46,405 nt of DNA, taken from positions 1 through 46,405 of the forward strand of contig CAYHZE010000002.1 of assembly GCA_964361015.1 (NCBI GenBank), in the 5' to 3' direction. The position numbers were made by a program, and so were the translations under genes. Source of the DNA: an uncultured Candidatus Saccharibacteria bacterium (GTDB taxonomy: Bacteria; Patescibacteriota; Minisyncoccia; Sungbacterales; HO2-52-23). Position 1 is the stretch's first letter. Each line of letters starts with the position of its first letter. The notes below the pieces were generated by a model. That model saw only the letters and a list, made by a program, of their open reading frames with translations. It did not search any database and had not been told where the DNA came from. Positions 33,153-42,800 of the stretch are shown here, piece by piece.

Positions 33153-35438
33153 CTACATCTTCATAATACATTCTGCCGTCTCTTGAAGCATACGCGCAGT
33201 GGTAAATTGGCGCGCAGTTTGACACGCATGTGTTATCATACCTTCGCGCCTATGGAGAGACATGCCAAACATTAACTGTATCGCATCAGCCAATTGACTT
33301 TGATTATTATATTCTACTAAAAATCCGTTTTTTCCATGTGTAATTAATTCTGTATTTCCGCCCACTGATGTCGTAATCACCGGCGTTCCCATTGCCATTG
33401 CCTCAAGCAACGCGTGGGAAAAACCCTCGTATCCAGTGTTAAGAACAAACGCATCTGCGGCGGCAAGGTATGTAAGCATTTCATCATGGCTCACTTGGCC
33501 GATCAACTGCGCATATGATTGCAAATCTAATGCAATTATCGCATCTCTTAACTCTTTTTCCAATGGCCCTGACCCTATAATAACCAAAGATAAAAGCGTA
33601 TGTTTTTTAATTAAATCCGCAACCACGGATAATAATACGCCAAATCCTTTCCACGCGACTAAACGTCCGGCTGATACCAATACGCGACCATGCAAACCAA
33701 GCATTGCCCTCGCCTTTTCACGCGAAATCATCAAAGAAGGAGTTTCAAATGAGTTTGCAATAACAATAATCTTTTCTTTTGGAATTCCCCATTGCATAAC
33801 CACGGCTTTTAAATATGCGCTGGGAACGATAATGCGTTCGGCTTGCCGCGCGGTAAAACGCTCAATTGCGCGCAGTATTGCAACGCGGTAGCTGTATGAT
33901 TTCTCTAAAAAATCATCAAGTAATTCTGAAACACCAAATCGCTGTACTCCCTGTTCCCACGCATAATCGCCGACTATTTTTATGGCAAATTTTTTTCTTG
34001 CAACCATGGCTGCAATCGCGCAAGGAAACCCAACGCTCACCGGGTCTTGCGCGTAAATACTATCCGCATAACGCGACTGCAAGCACACGCGCCACGCGTA
34101 TGCAATGTGACGCAAAACTTTTGGTAATCGCCGCACGCTCCTAAAACAGACAATACGCACGATAATACCGTAATCCAGCAGGCCGTCTGCAAGCGTTTTA
34201 CTGTATGTTGCCGGACCTCCGATTTCGGGCGGATAGAGTGGTGTGCAGACTAACGTACGCGCGCGGGCACGTAAAAACGTTTCAAAAAGTTGCGCATAGA
34301 CCTGCGCAATTGCGTCCCATGAAAATTGTTGCTCCACTAAACGCCTGCCGTTTTCCCGCATATGTGCGACAAGTTTATTATTGTTCAAGAGCATAAGAAT
34401 TTTGTCTGCCACATCTTTTGCATCATCAACCCGGCATAATATTCCTGTCTCTCCATCTTTGATAATGTCTGGAATCCCTCCTACCGGCGTTCCGATAATA
34501 GGAACACCCACTGACAATGCTTCGATAAAAGAATTGCCCATGCCCTCGGAACGAGATGGCCTGACAAACACATCTGCTTTACGCAAATAAAAAGGAATTT
34601 CTTCATAGGGAATTTCCCCAAAAAAAATAATATCTTGGGAAAGCCGCAAATCATGTGTGAGCTTTTCCAATGTTCTCCGCTCGGATCCGTCGCCGATGAT
34701 ATAGCATTTGATTGATGTTGTTGTTTTCTTTATTTCTCCCACTGCGCGGATAAGCGTATCCATGCCATTTTTTTTCACAAGACGCGATGTGGTGATAATC
34801 ACACGCCGATTATGATTGCTATCTGTCACAATGGCATGCGGTGGTTGAAATGCAAATAAAGATGTATCAACACCGTTGGGAATTATTTGTCCAATGCCCG
34901 CATATCCATACTCGCCTGCCACGCTGAATAAATAAGAAGAAATTGCGGTCACGGCATCGCAAGCTCGTAATATGCGCCGGAATGCCATGCCAATCACACC
35001 CAATCTTGCGTCCGCAAGCCGTGCGTCTCCATCACCATATTGCACCGTGAATATAAACGGAAGCGCGGGGAAAAATAATTTACAAAGATACGCGGACAAT
35101 GATCCTTGCGAAATATCCATGCCCCATAGAAGCAATGAATTTTTTGAAATTCGCTTCCAAGGTTTAGGTATATGGCCTCCCATGCCGAGCTTTAGTAACT
35201 CAAAAAATCCCACAAACGGCAGTAACCACTTATCAAGCATGATGCCAAAACCCAGACGAATAATTATTCCTTCCGGTGCAATTTCTCGCCTAGAATACAT
35301 ACGGTTTTGACGTGCCGTAATTATATATACATCATAAGAATCACAAAGCCGCCTCGCCACCTCGCGAACCGCGATTTCTGCTCCCCCAATAAAAGGAAGA
35401 TAACTGGTTGTAAATACGACAATCTTTTTTTTAGTCAT
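33153..35438 (-). CDS. Double glycosyltransferase: two complete GT4 modules fused in one 761-aa protein
   Basis: Module 1 has EGMGNSFIEALSVGVPIIGTPVGG and module 2 has EGFSHALLEAMAMGTPVITTSVGG. Each is preceded by its own N-terminal GT-B half. Confidence 0.85.
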   Translation of the reverse strand: MTKKKIVVFTTSYLPFIGGAEIAVREVARRLCDSYDVYIITARQNRMYSRREIAPEGIIIRLGFGIMLDKWLLPFVGFFELLKLGMGGHIPKPWKRISKNSLLLWGMDISQGSLSAYLCKLFFPALPFIFTVQYGDGDARLADARLGVIGMAFRRILRACDAVTAISSYLFSVAGEYGYAGIGQIIPNGVDTSLFAFQPPHAIVTDSNHNRRVIITTSRLVKKNGMDTLIRAVGEIKKTTTSIKCYIIGDGSERRTLEKLTHDLRLSQDIIFFGEIPYEEIPFYLRKADVFVRPSRSEGMGNSFIEALSVGVPIIGTPVGGIPDIIKDGETGILCRVDDAKDVADKILMLLNNNKLVAHMRENGRRLVEQQFSWDAIAQVYAQLFETFLRARARTLVCTPLYPPEIGGPATYSKTLADGLLDYGIIVRIVCFRSVRRLPKVLRHIAYAWRVCLQSRYADSIYAQDPVSVGFPCAIAAMVARKKFAIKIVGDYAWEQGVQRFGVSELLDDFLEKSYSYRVAILRAIERFTARQAERIIVPSAYLKAVVMQWGIPKEKIIVIANSFETPSLMISREKARAMLGLHGRVLVSAGRLVAWKGFGVLLSVVADLIKKHTLLSLVIIGSGPLEKELRDAIIALDLQSYAQLIGQVSHDEMLTYLAAADAFVLNTGYEGFSHALLEAMAMGTPVITTSVGGNTELITHGKNGFLVEYNNQSQLADAIQLMFGMSLHRREGMITHACQTARQFTTARMLQETAECIMKM

Positions 35439-36940
35439 CGGGAAAATTGTTTGGCGATAAGAAAACCGACCGCACCAAGAACGCTCGTTCCAAGAACAAT
35501 CACAAATGGTATTGAAACAAACGGTGTATGCGCCGCCGTAGCGGCATATGACTTGCTATCCTCCGGGTAAGGAGTGGGGATGGGAGAAAAAGAGATCGCG
35601 GGGTTTTCAGGCGCGATACCTGACGATATTTTTTTTGAACTTGTAGCAATAGGCAAATCTTGAACATGCGAGATGGACATTTGTTCTTCTTTGATACGTT
35701 GCGGCTTGGGAGTGGGCACAATATCAGAAAAAGTAAATGCTTCAACACCATTGGGATACAACACGCGTATTGGCAACGATTCGGGATCTTTAAGCAAACC
35801 AGTTATGCTATTTCTTATTGCAATATCACCGCGGCGCGCCATCTTACTATAGGGCGGAAAAATAAACATGCGCTGTTTGCTATCGCGGATATTCCAACCG
35901 CTGATATCCGCTTCAATATCAGATCCATTGGTAAGCCGAATATGCCCGTCATCTCCCCATACAACGCCCAAAATACTCACAAGGTTTGGAGCAATCTGTA
36001 GGCGAATATAATCGGAAGCCGCATATTCTCCGGATGATATATGCAAACCAGCCAAATATGTACCAGGCACCCGATATGTATGCACAACATTTCTTCCTTC
36101 TTGTGTTTCTCCATCACCGAAATTCCAAAAAAATCGTGCTGATGAATCAATGGCCTCATCGTTGATTCCTTTTGAATGACCAAAAAATTCAAGCACACTT
36201 CCCACCATTGATGATACATCTTGACCCGCATATGCTTTGATTGTTTTGATTGCTGACGCATGCGGTGTTGCCGAGGGCAATAGTGATCCCGCACTTGATG
36301 CGGATAGAGGAGAAGCAGACGGCGAAGGCAAAGGAGAACTTGATGCAGACGCTCCCGTATTAACGGCTTGGGGACTTGGCGTATGTGAAATATGCCATGC
36401 GTTTTTTCCACCACTCATTACGCCGTCTTGTAATAACGCAAGTGAACTACCCTCGGAGAAAGAACTTATATCAACAAATGTCCCCTTGTCCCACAACCCC
36501 GCATCTCCAGCGCTTGGTTCCCATGTCTCTCCATCCTTCCCCCATTGAATAAAACTCTTGATCGTATCCTTTCCTCTTGGTTGCGCACCAAACAGCGCAA
36601 TAGACCCTGACGTGTTGCTCATATTTGACGATGTGGTTGCTTGATATATATCGGTCGCCGAATTATTGCCCGCAGTCCGAAGATGAATCAATATAAATTT
36701 TCCCGCGCCAATAAAAAACCCATTCGGAATAGTAATATATCCAATCCCATCCGGGTATATCTCCCACCCGGAAATATCCACCTGATCGGCACTTGCATTA
36801 TAAAGTTCTATCCACTCCCCGCCCGTATCACTCCCTTCAGGATCAAACATGACTTCGTTGATGACGACACTTGATGCAAATACGGAAAATGGGGCCACGA
36901 TGAACACAAAACACAGGGGAATAAGATAGCGGTTTTTCAT
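35435..36940 (-). CDS. Secreted, C-terminally anchored protein with lamin-tail (LTD) domains and a PKD domain
   Basis: Signal peptide. LTD signature VVINEVMFDPEGSDTGGEWIELYNAS...ISGWEIY. Ser/Pro linker. PKD signature FFWNFGDGETQEGRNVVHTYRVPGTYLAGLHIS. A second LTD-like IRLTNGSDIEADISGWNI. A C-terminal TM helix. ATGA overlap with the downstream GT4-GT4 gene. Confidence 0.75.
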   Translation of the reverse strand: MKNRYLIPLCFVFIVAPFSVFASSVVINEVMFDPEGSDTGGEWIELYNASADQVDISGWEIYPDGIGYITIPNGFFIGAGKFILIHLRTAGNNSATDIYQATTSSNMSNTSGSIALFGAQPRGKDTIKSFIQWGKDGETWEPSAGDAGLWDKGTFVDISSFSEGSSLALLQDGVMSGGKNAWHISHTPSPQAVNTGASASSSPLPSPSASPLSASSAGSLLPSATPHASAIKTIKAYAGQDVSSMVGSVLEFFGHSKGINDEAIDSSARFFWNFGDGETQEGRNVVHTYRVPGTYLAGLHISSGEYAASDYIRLQIAPNLVSILGVVWGDDGHIRLTNGSDIEADISGWNIRDSKQRMFIFPPYSKMARRGDIAIRNSITGLLKDPESLPIRVLYPNGVEAFTFSDIVPTPKPQRIKEEQMSISHVQDLPIATSSKKISSGIAPENPAISFSPIPTPYPEDSKSYAATAAHTPFVSIPFVIVLGTSVLGAVGFLIAKQFSR

Positions 36941-36960
36941 ATATCTTTATCGTAGCAATG

Positions 36961-37020
36961 AGAGTGTGGGAGGTCAAAAAAATATCTTAAAAAGCTAGAT
37001 TCCCGCTTCCGCGGGAATGA
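36961..37020. repeat. Family A hairpin (with family C-like flank), probably also the terminator of 37054-37347
   Basis: GATTCCCGC/ttcc/GCGGGAATGAC at 36997-37020. On the minus strand it is followed by CTAGCTTTTTAAG. Confidence 0.7.
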
Positions 37021-37053
37021 CAAAAAGAGTATAAACACCTGTTGTTCACTCAA

Positions 37054-37347
37054 CTATCGCGCAAATTCCGCTTTCTTTTCAATCTGATGGACGCGGGATG
37101 TCAAGTCTTCAATTGCGGCTTCTTGCGCGATATCGCTGTGTACGAGCGCATCAGTGGTACTTCGGATATGGCGTATATCGGTATGAGCCGCATTCAATTC
37201 TTCAAACATATCTTTCTGGATTTTCTCCACTCTATCTAATCTATGAGTAAGTATATAAACATCGTCCTTAGTTGCCGTTTGGTCAAAACCGCGCTTCACC
37301 ATACCAGCAAGGTCTTCTATTATGATGGAAGTATTGTTCTTCTTCAT
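37054..37347 (-). CDS. Small coiled-coil hypothetical protein
   Basis: 97-aa ORF with a charged heptad-like sequence. No family recognised. Confidence 0.5.
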   Translation of the reverse strand: MKKNNTSIIIEDLAGMVKRGFDQTATKDDVYILTHRLDRVEKIQKDMFEELNAAHTDIRHIRSTTDALVHSDIAQEAAIEDLTSRVHQIEKKAEFAR

Positions 37348-37375
37348 TTGATTTTATAAAACTGCGAAAAAAATA

Positions 37376-38221
37376 TTATTGTCCAGACAATTTTTTCTTC
37401 AACCCTTCGATCGTGGCCGCAAGATCCATATTTTTGGGATCGCTTACAAGAACTTTTTGCCACCATTCTATGGATTTCGCATATTGTTCACTCTTTTCAT
37501 ATAATCGCGCGAGAGCTTTTGCAAGATCCATGCTTTGCGGATTTGCGGCAATGCCTTGGAGTAATATGTCATCGGCGAGATCGGATTTTTCTTTGAGCGA
37601 GTAGAAGTAGAGTTCCGAAAGAGAAACATATGTACCCGGATCATCGGGCTTATTTTTGATTGAAGCCTTAAAATTGATTTCAGCTTGCGGGTAGACGCGC
37701 AAATATCGCCAATAGAGTTCCCCGAGATTTGCAAAAGCAACCGAATTTTTCGGACTAATCAGACTTGCATATTCCCATGCATCGCGAGCGCCTTCAAAGT
37801 CGCCGATTGTTTTTTTCAAAAGGCCCAGCTGAATCCATCCGTTGAAAAAATCCGGTTTTTCTTTTACCGTTTTACCGAAATTTTGAAGCGAGCGATAGAT
37901 TTCCTGCTTGTTGGATTCTGAAAATAATTTTACCTCATCCGGCACCGGACGGAGTTCTTCTGTTGGTCTCCCGTGATAGACGGGGAATATAAAAGAAACC
38001 GGCGTTATGTGAGGCAAGACAGATACGGATGGAGACGGTGTTTCAGACATGCTAGGTAATGGAAAAAAGGAGAAAGATGGTATTGGACTTTCCTCCTGTC
38101 CTTTATTCTGACTCCCACCAAATAGAAACATCTTTATCTGATGGCGAAACGCTACGCCTAAGACTATTACTATTGCTACCGCTAACGTTACCATAACATT
38201 CTTATTCATAATATGCGGCAT
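37376..38221 (-). CDS. Membrane-anchored TPR-repeat protein
   Basis: N-terminal TM VMVTLAVAIVIVLGVAF, a Pro/Ser linker, then several TPR-like repeats (GWIQLGLLKKTIGDFEGARDAWEYASLISPKN, AFANLGELYWRY...). Confidence 0.75.
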   Translation of the reverse strand: MPHIMNKNVMVTLAVAIVIVLGVAFRHQIKMFLFGGSQNKGQEESPIPSFSFFPLPSMSETPSPSVSVLPHITPVSFIFPVYHGRPTEELRPVPDEVKLFSESNKQEIYRSLQNFGKTVKEKPDFFNGWIQLGLLKKTIGDFEGARDAWEYASLISPKNSVAFANLGELYWRYLRVYPQAEINFKASIKNKPDDPGTYVSLSELYFYSLKEKSDLADDILLQGIAANPQSMDLAKALARLYEKSEQYAKSIEWWQKVLVSDPKNMDLAATIEGLKKKLSGQ

Positions 38222-38255
38222 TAAAAATTATGTCCTTTATCTTATAGAATAATCC

Positions 38256-39266
38256 CTATTTCGTCAAGAGAAATGTGAAGCCACCCTGAACAGCAGTAGA
38301 TTCATTAATAAATACAGTGAGCATTTGTATGCGCCATGATCCATTCACCACATAGTCAAGACCTTCAACCCATAAACTTGATATATACGTCTGTCCTGGC
38401 TGTATTGATTGCGGAAAAGATACTTTAACCTGCCGTCTGATTTCTTCGCCTAGCCGAGGCGGATCATTATTGATGGTAAAATCGGTGTTACTTATAACAT
38501 TATCAAATGTCGTAGTTCCATTTCTTAATTTTAACAACACTGTTTTGTTTCGATTAGCGGTTGAGTTCATAGCATCATATAAATCAAGTTCAATCTGGCT
38601 AAAAGAAATGATGTGATCCGTGGTATTGGAAATAGTAATGTCTCCCAATTTAAGCGGTGATGTCGCGACATCGGGAAATGACTTGGTAGTAGTGCCAGTG
38701 ATTCGCAACTCTGCGACTGGTATGACGGGAGTCGTACTCGCAATCAATTCAAGAGGAGGAGTGGGTGACGGAGATAATACAGGTGTAGTGGTGGCAGTAG
38801 GCGCGGAAGGAACAAGGGCGGGGGTGGGGGTGAGAGATGATGTTGCTTGCTGTTGAGCAATCAAATTGGCAAGCTGTGCCTGCAACATTTTAATTTGAGA
38901 TTGAAGTAACGCAATTTGTTCTTCACGCGAAAGAACCGCTACCCCGCCTATGCGCGCATTTACGCGAGAGCGTGTTTTAGGCCCAAAATATCCACTCGAC
39001 GGCATAATGTTCTCTTTTTCTTGGAAATTGATCAATGCTTGTTTGGTCTGGGAAAGAAAATTACCGCTTATAGGACCATTATAAAGCTCTCGATCGCGAA
39101 GAAACTCCTGCAAATACGCTACATCCGGGTTATTCATCATTCCCATATAAAGATCACGCGTAAAAATACCCATAGATGGCGTGAGCGGAAGCAGAGTATC
39201 AGCATATATTGTAAACGGAAATATTATATATATAAAGAAGGTTAAAAAAAGAAGTATTTTTTTCAT
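38256..39266 (-). CDS. Secreted peptidoglycan-binding-domain (PG_binding_1-like) protein with coiled coil, Thr/Pro linker and one beta-rich module
   Basis: Signal peptide. DVAYLQEFLRDRELYNGPISGNFLSQTKQALINFQEKENIMPSGYFGPKTRSRV. LLQSQIKMLQAQLANLIAQQ. TPTPALVPSAPTATTTPVLSPSPTPP. Confidence 0.75.
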   Translation of the reverse strand: MKKILLFLTFFIYIIFPFTIYADTLLPLTPSMGIFTRDLYMGMMNNPDVAYLQEFLRDRELYNGPISGNFLSQTKQALINFQEKENIMPSSGYFGPKTRSRVNARIGGVAVLSREEQIALLQSQIKMLQAQLANLIAQQQATSSLTPTPALVPSAPTATTTPVLSPSPTPPLELIASTTPVIPVAELRITGTTTKSFPDVATSPLKLGDITISNTTDHIISFSQIELDLYDAMNSTANRNKTVLLKLRNGTTTFDNVISNTDFTINNDPPRLGEEIRRQVKVSFPQSIQPGQTYISSLWVEGLDYVVNGSWRIQMLTVFINESTAVQGGFTFLLTK

Positions 39267-39281
39267 ATCAACATTATAGCA

Positions 39282-39732
39282 TGAGGCTGTACAAAAATAC
39301 CATAGGCGGTGTCATTGCGAGCGCAAGCATTGCAATCTCTATCTCGGAAGATGAGATTGCGGAGCAGTCGCGAGTTTTACGAGGGATCTCTGCTCCTCAT
39401 ACCATCTCCAATTAACTCCTGCACACCAAAAATAGCGGTGTCATTCCCGTGAAAACGGGAATCTAGTACCTTATTAACTTAATTTTGAGCCTTTTCTTCT
39501 CTCGTTGTCATTCCTGCGGAAGCAGGAATCCAGGTTCTCTTCTGGATTGAATGGGTCTGGATTCCTGCTTCCGCAGGAATGACAAGGGGTTCAAAATTAA
39601 GTTAATGAGGTACTAGATTTATTCATCCACCTATGGATCTGGATCCCCGCATTCGCGAGGATGACAACGGGGAAGGGGTTAATGAGAGATGGTATCACAA
39701 TGGCAACGTTCGGGTATTTTTCTACAGTTTCA
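39282..39732. repeat. 450-bp composite nested fold-back element (families B and A inside common termini)
   Basis: Outer termini are TGAGGCTGTACAAAAATACC (39282-39301) and GGTATTTTTCTACAGTTTCA (39713-39732). There is an inner 29-nt inverted repeat, 39463-39491 versus 39588-39616 (27/29). Four family A hairpins lie at 39439-39462, 39507-39533, 39557-39583 and 39649-39665. Confidence 0.9.
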
Positions 39733-39768
39733 GCATACATCTTTGACAGATCAAAAAATCCACCATTC

Positions 39769-39800
39769 AAAAACCCAGCCCCGCTCTAAGCGGGGCTGGG
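39769..39800 (-). terminator. Strong rho-independent terminator of the giant surface-protein gene
   Basis: CCCAGCCCCGC/tcta/AGCGGGGCTGGG. On the minus strand it is followed by TTTTTGAATGG. A second hairpin, CATCATGC/tttc/GCATGATG, lies at 39809-39828. Confidence 0.85.
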
Positions 39801-39849
39801 TTCGAGCCCATCATGCTTTCGCATGATGCACAAGTGACTCTTTTGAGAA

Positions 39850-42800
39850 CTATTTCGAGAATGTCTGCTGGCTCATTTCTGTTGTCGGCAGTCCTGGCAG
39901 GAGATAACCGTTCAGCCAGTCGTTGGTTGTCGTAGCCGATGTCGTGGTCGTATTTGGCGACCAGACAAAGAATGAGGAGCTTGCCACAAGACTTGCGAGC
40001 GAGAGTGAATCTCGGGGAATACCCGAACCGCCAAATGTAGTCAATGTCGGGAAGAATGATGCATCGCCTACGAGCGCTGCCGAGAAAGAATCACCGGTTG
40101 TTGAACGCGTAATATTAGCCACAAACTTAAAGTACCGCGACTGTCCCGCAGGTATCTGAATTGCTTCTGCATTCGGAGTAGCTTGCGTATTGGTCACCGG
40201 ATCAAAGAACATAATAACATGACTTGATGTTGCGGCTTTATTCAGAAAAGCGTTACAATCCGATGTGGTCACCCTTTCAAGCGACCAACCATTCACACAA
40301 CTAACGGATTGGGAGTTAACCGGGTTTGTAGAATAGGCTTGGCCCGAGAATCCACTATCAGTATAGGCAAACAAACGGAATGACGAGGTTGTTGCGACTG
40401 TTGTGGATGAGACACGGAATGTGAACCTATACAAACCAATACCTCCGTCAGCGGGAGCCGTTACTTTGAAACGATAGAGATCCATATCTCCGTTTGCCAA
40501 TGTGTTGGTCGGCACTGCCAATCGTTCCAATGTCGGGTATGACTTTACAACTCGGATACCCTTTACGTTCGCCAGATCAGTTCCGCTCGTATTCAACGTA
40601 CTGCCGGATGACTGACCAATACCTTCTGTAGTGACAAGAGCCGCGCCATCCCAATTGATGACGACTAAGTGGCCTGAATCGCCACCTGTTGTAGTTACTT
40701 GTCCAAGACTGGATGCAGAAATAAGATCAACGGTTGTACTCAAAACCTTATCGCCATCTTTTGGAATGATAAAGTCTGATGTGAGCGTGGTAGTTGCTCG
40801 GAAGTTACCCGAAGTAAATACCGCTTCTCCAACTTTTGTCGCGCCATCCCAGAAAGATACTTTCACGACATCGGAAGTAGAAGCCGTTGATGAAGCAAGA
40901 CTAAAACCAAATTTGGTAAGTTTAACTGCCTCATATACAGCGCTCAATTTAAAGATAGTTGCCCCCACATCGGCCTTTCCTGCAATGCCAAATCGTTCTG
41001 ATGGACTTGCTGAATCAAGAGCTACGGTAAATGAACCGCTTGCGCGTACTGTCATGATCTGGCCGTTGCTCACGGTTGCTACTTCTGTCACTGATATGCC
41101 GGTATCTTTTCCTACAACCACGGTATCACTTGCAGCTACAAGACCCATTGACCATGTTGCATCTGCAGTCGCATCCTGACCGATATTACACTTTACGTCT
41201 ACAAGCTTAACAGTGCCTTTCGGAATAATGAGATTATTGTCAAAGGTAAATACTCCCTCAACATCATCATTTGCCGCATTACCGGAAGGATTGACAACAT
41301 TTCCACCCGTGTTGAGGGCGGTAGTGCCGTCAAACATTTGACAGGTGTTCAAAACGTCAGCATCTGCAGATGCGCTCGTGACAATCTGTATATCCTGCGA
41401 GGTTACGCGAAGGTCTTCGCCTGATGCGGTCGCATCATACTGAATCTTTGAGAATAAGTATCCATTGACACCGCGAACCACATTCTGCGCCACCGGAGAA
41501 TCGGAAACTGAAGTCTTCAAGCTGGCTTTACGTATAGTCATGCTGTTACCTCCCACTGCGGTGGATGGAGTCGGAGTAAGAGTGAGTCCAGTGATCAAAC
41601 CTTTTGCGGTAATATCTGAACCCGGTGTAGTGGATGCGCTTACCACCGTACCGTCAGCAAAGTTAGAACTCAACTTTGCCACCAACTTATATACATTGTA
41701 GCCAACCGGAACGGTAAACGTATCAGAGAATGTCACGGTAGACGGTACAGTTGTTGTGGTATCCTTTGGACCCGCTACCGTAGCGCCAGCCGCATCAACC
41801 AATGATACGCCGCTAATACGCGAAGCAGTTGTATTTATTCCTTCAGAAAATGTGAACTTCAAAGATGAGATTTGTACTTGCTCACCCTTTGCTTCAAATC
41901 CGAAAGCGCCAACGACGGTGTTTGAAGTATCAACCGATACGTTGCCTGCCGGAACAGTATTTGATTTCTCAATTCGCAGGCTACCGGTGGAAATCGTGTG
42001 GAGATATGCATCGTAATACGGTTCAGTTGAGGTAAAGCCTTCGCCTTGCGTCGTTGTATTGGCCGTTGAGCCGTTTGCGGGAATGATCGCATAGTTAAAG
42101 ACATTTCCTCTTACTACTATATCTGTCCTGCGTTGAATATCAAAGTCAATGGTTCTATTTGAACCTCCTGAAACATCCGCCTTAAGAGCGATTTCAATAA
42201 TTGCGCCCTTGTCAAATACGAGAACCGGACTGAACTTTGCTAAGTAGTATTTGCCATCGGCCGATAACGTAGTGGCATAATCAGTTCCCTTTACTGTAAC
42301 CATGACATTCGTAAGGTCACCTGATCCTGCGGAACCCGCTTGATAGAAGCGAACCTGTTCAAGAGATACTGCTTCTGCAGAACCAACAGTCCATCGGGCG
42401 CCTGTTGAGTAGAAAGCGGTTGCTCCCACTTGAAGTGAACTGCGAGCGGCTCCCGGATCAAGAACGCCTCGAGCCGGCGATGCCAGTGTGCCAATTCCCA
42501 ATGTTTCATTGATGGTCACGCCGGGACCTATCATCGGAAATGCACCAGTTACTTTTGACGTTCCTGCATCAACAGAAACAATTTGGAACTTAGCTATCTG
42601 TCCTCCATTGGTACCTGCAGCCGGTCGGTTAAAAGCAATAGTAAGTGTTTTAGACGTTCCCGCCCTTATTACTACCGGCTCGTTCAAACTTGCTTGATGC
42701 AATGCATTCAAGGTTTTTGACAAACCAATCTGCGTCCCCGTGTCATCAATAAGGACAACCGCGTCAATTGCACTGTCATCTGCCTGGCCTACGCGCTGTA

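Noticed and set aside
39439-39665. Possible CRISPR array, because of four similar ~25-nt hairpin repeats
   Set aside because: The repeats alternate in orientation and have irregular spacing (about 45, 24 and 66 nt). They are embedded in a larger palindrome, and there are no cas genes or leader. This fits REP/MITE-like elements.
39774-39830. tRNA-like GGTTCGAGCCC (T-arm-like) sequence
   Set aside because: The surrounding sequence cannot form acceptor, D or anticodon arms. The GC stem plus T-run on the minus strand is better explained as the intrinsic terminator of the giant gene.
39850-40100. Diversity-generating retroelement target (variable region) at the C-terminus of the giant protein, prompted by the Avd-like fold at 45542-46303
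   Set aside because: There is no reverse transcriptase ORF in the window. No second near-identical copy (template repeat) of the gene's 3' end is visible in any intergenic region.
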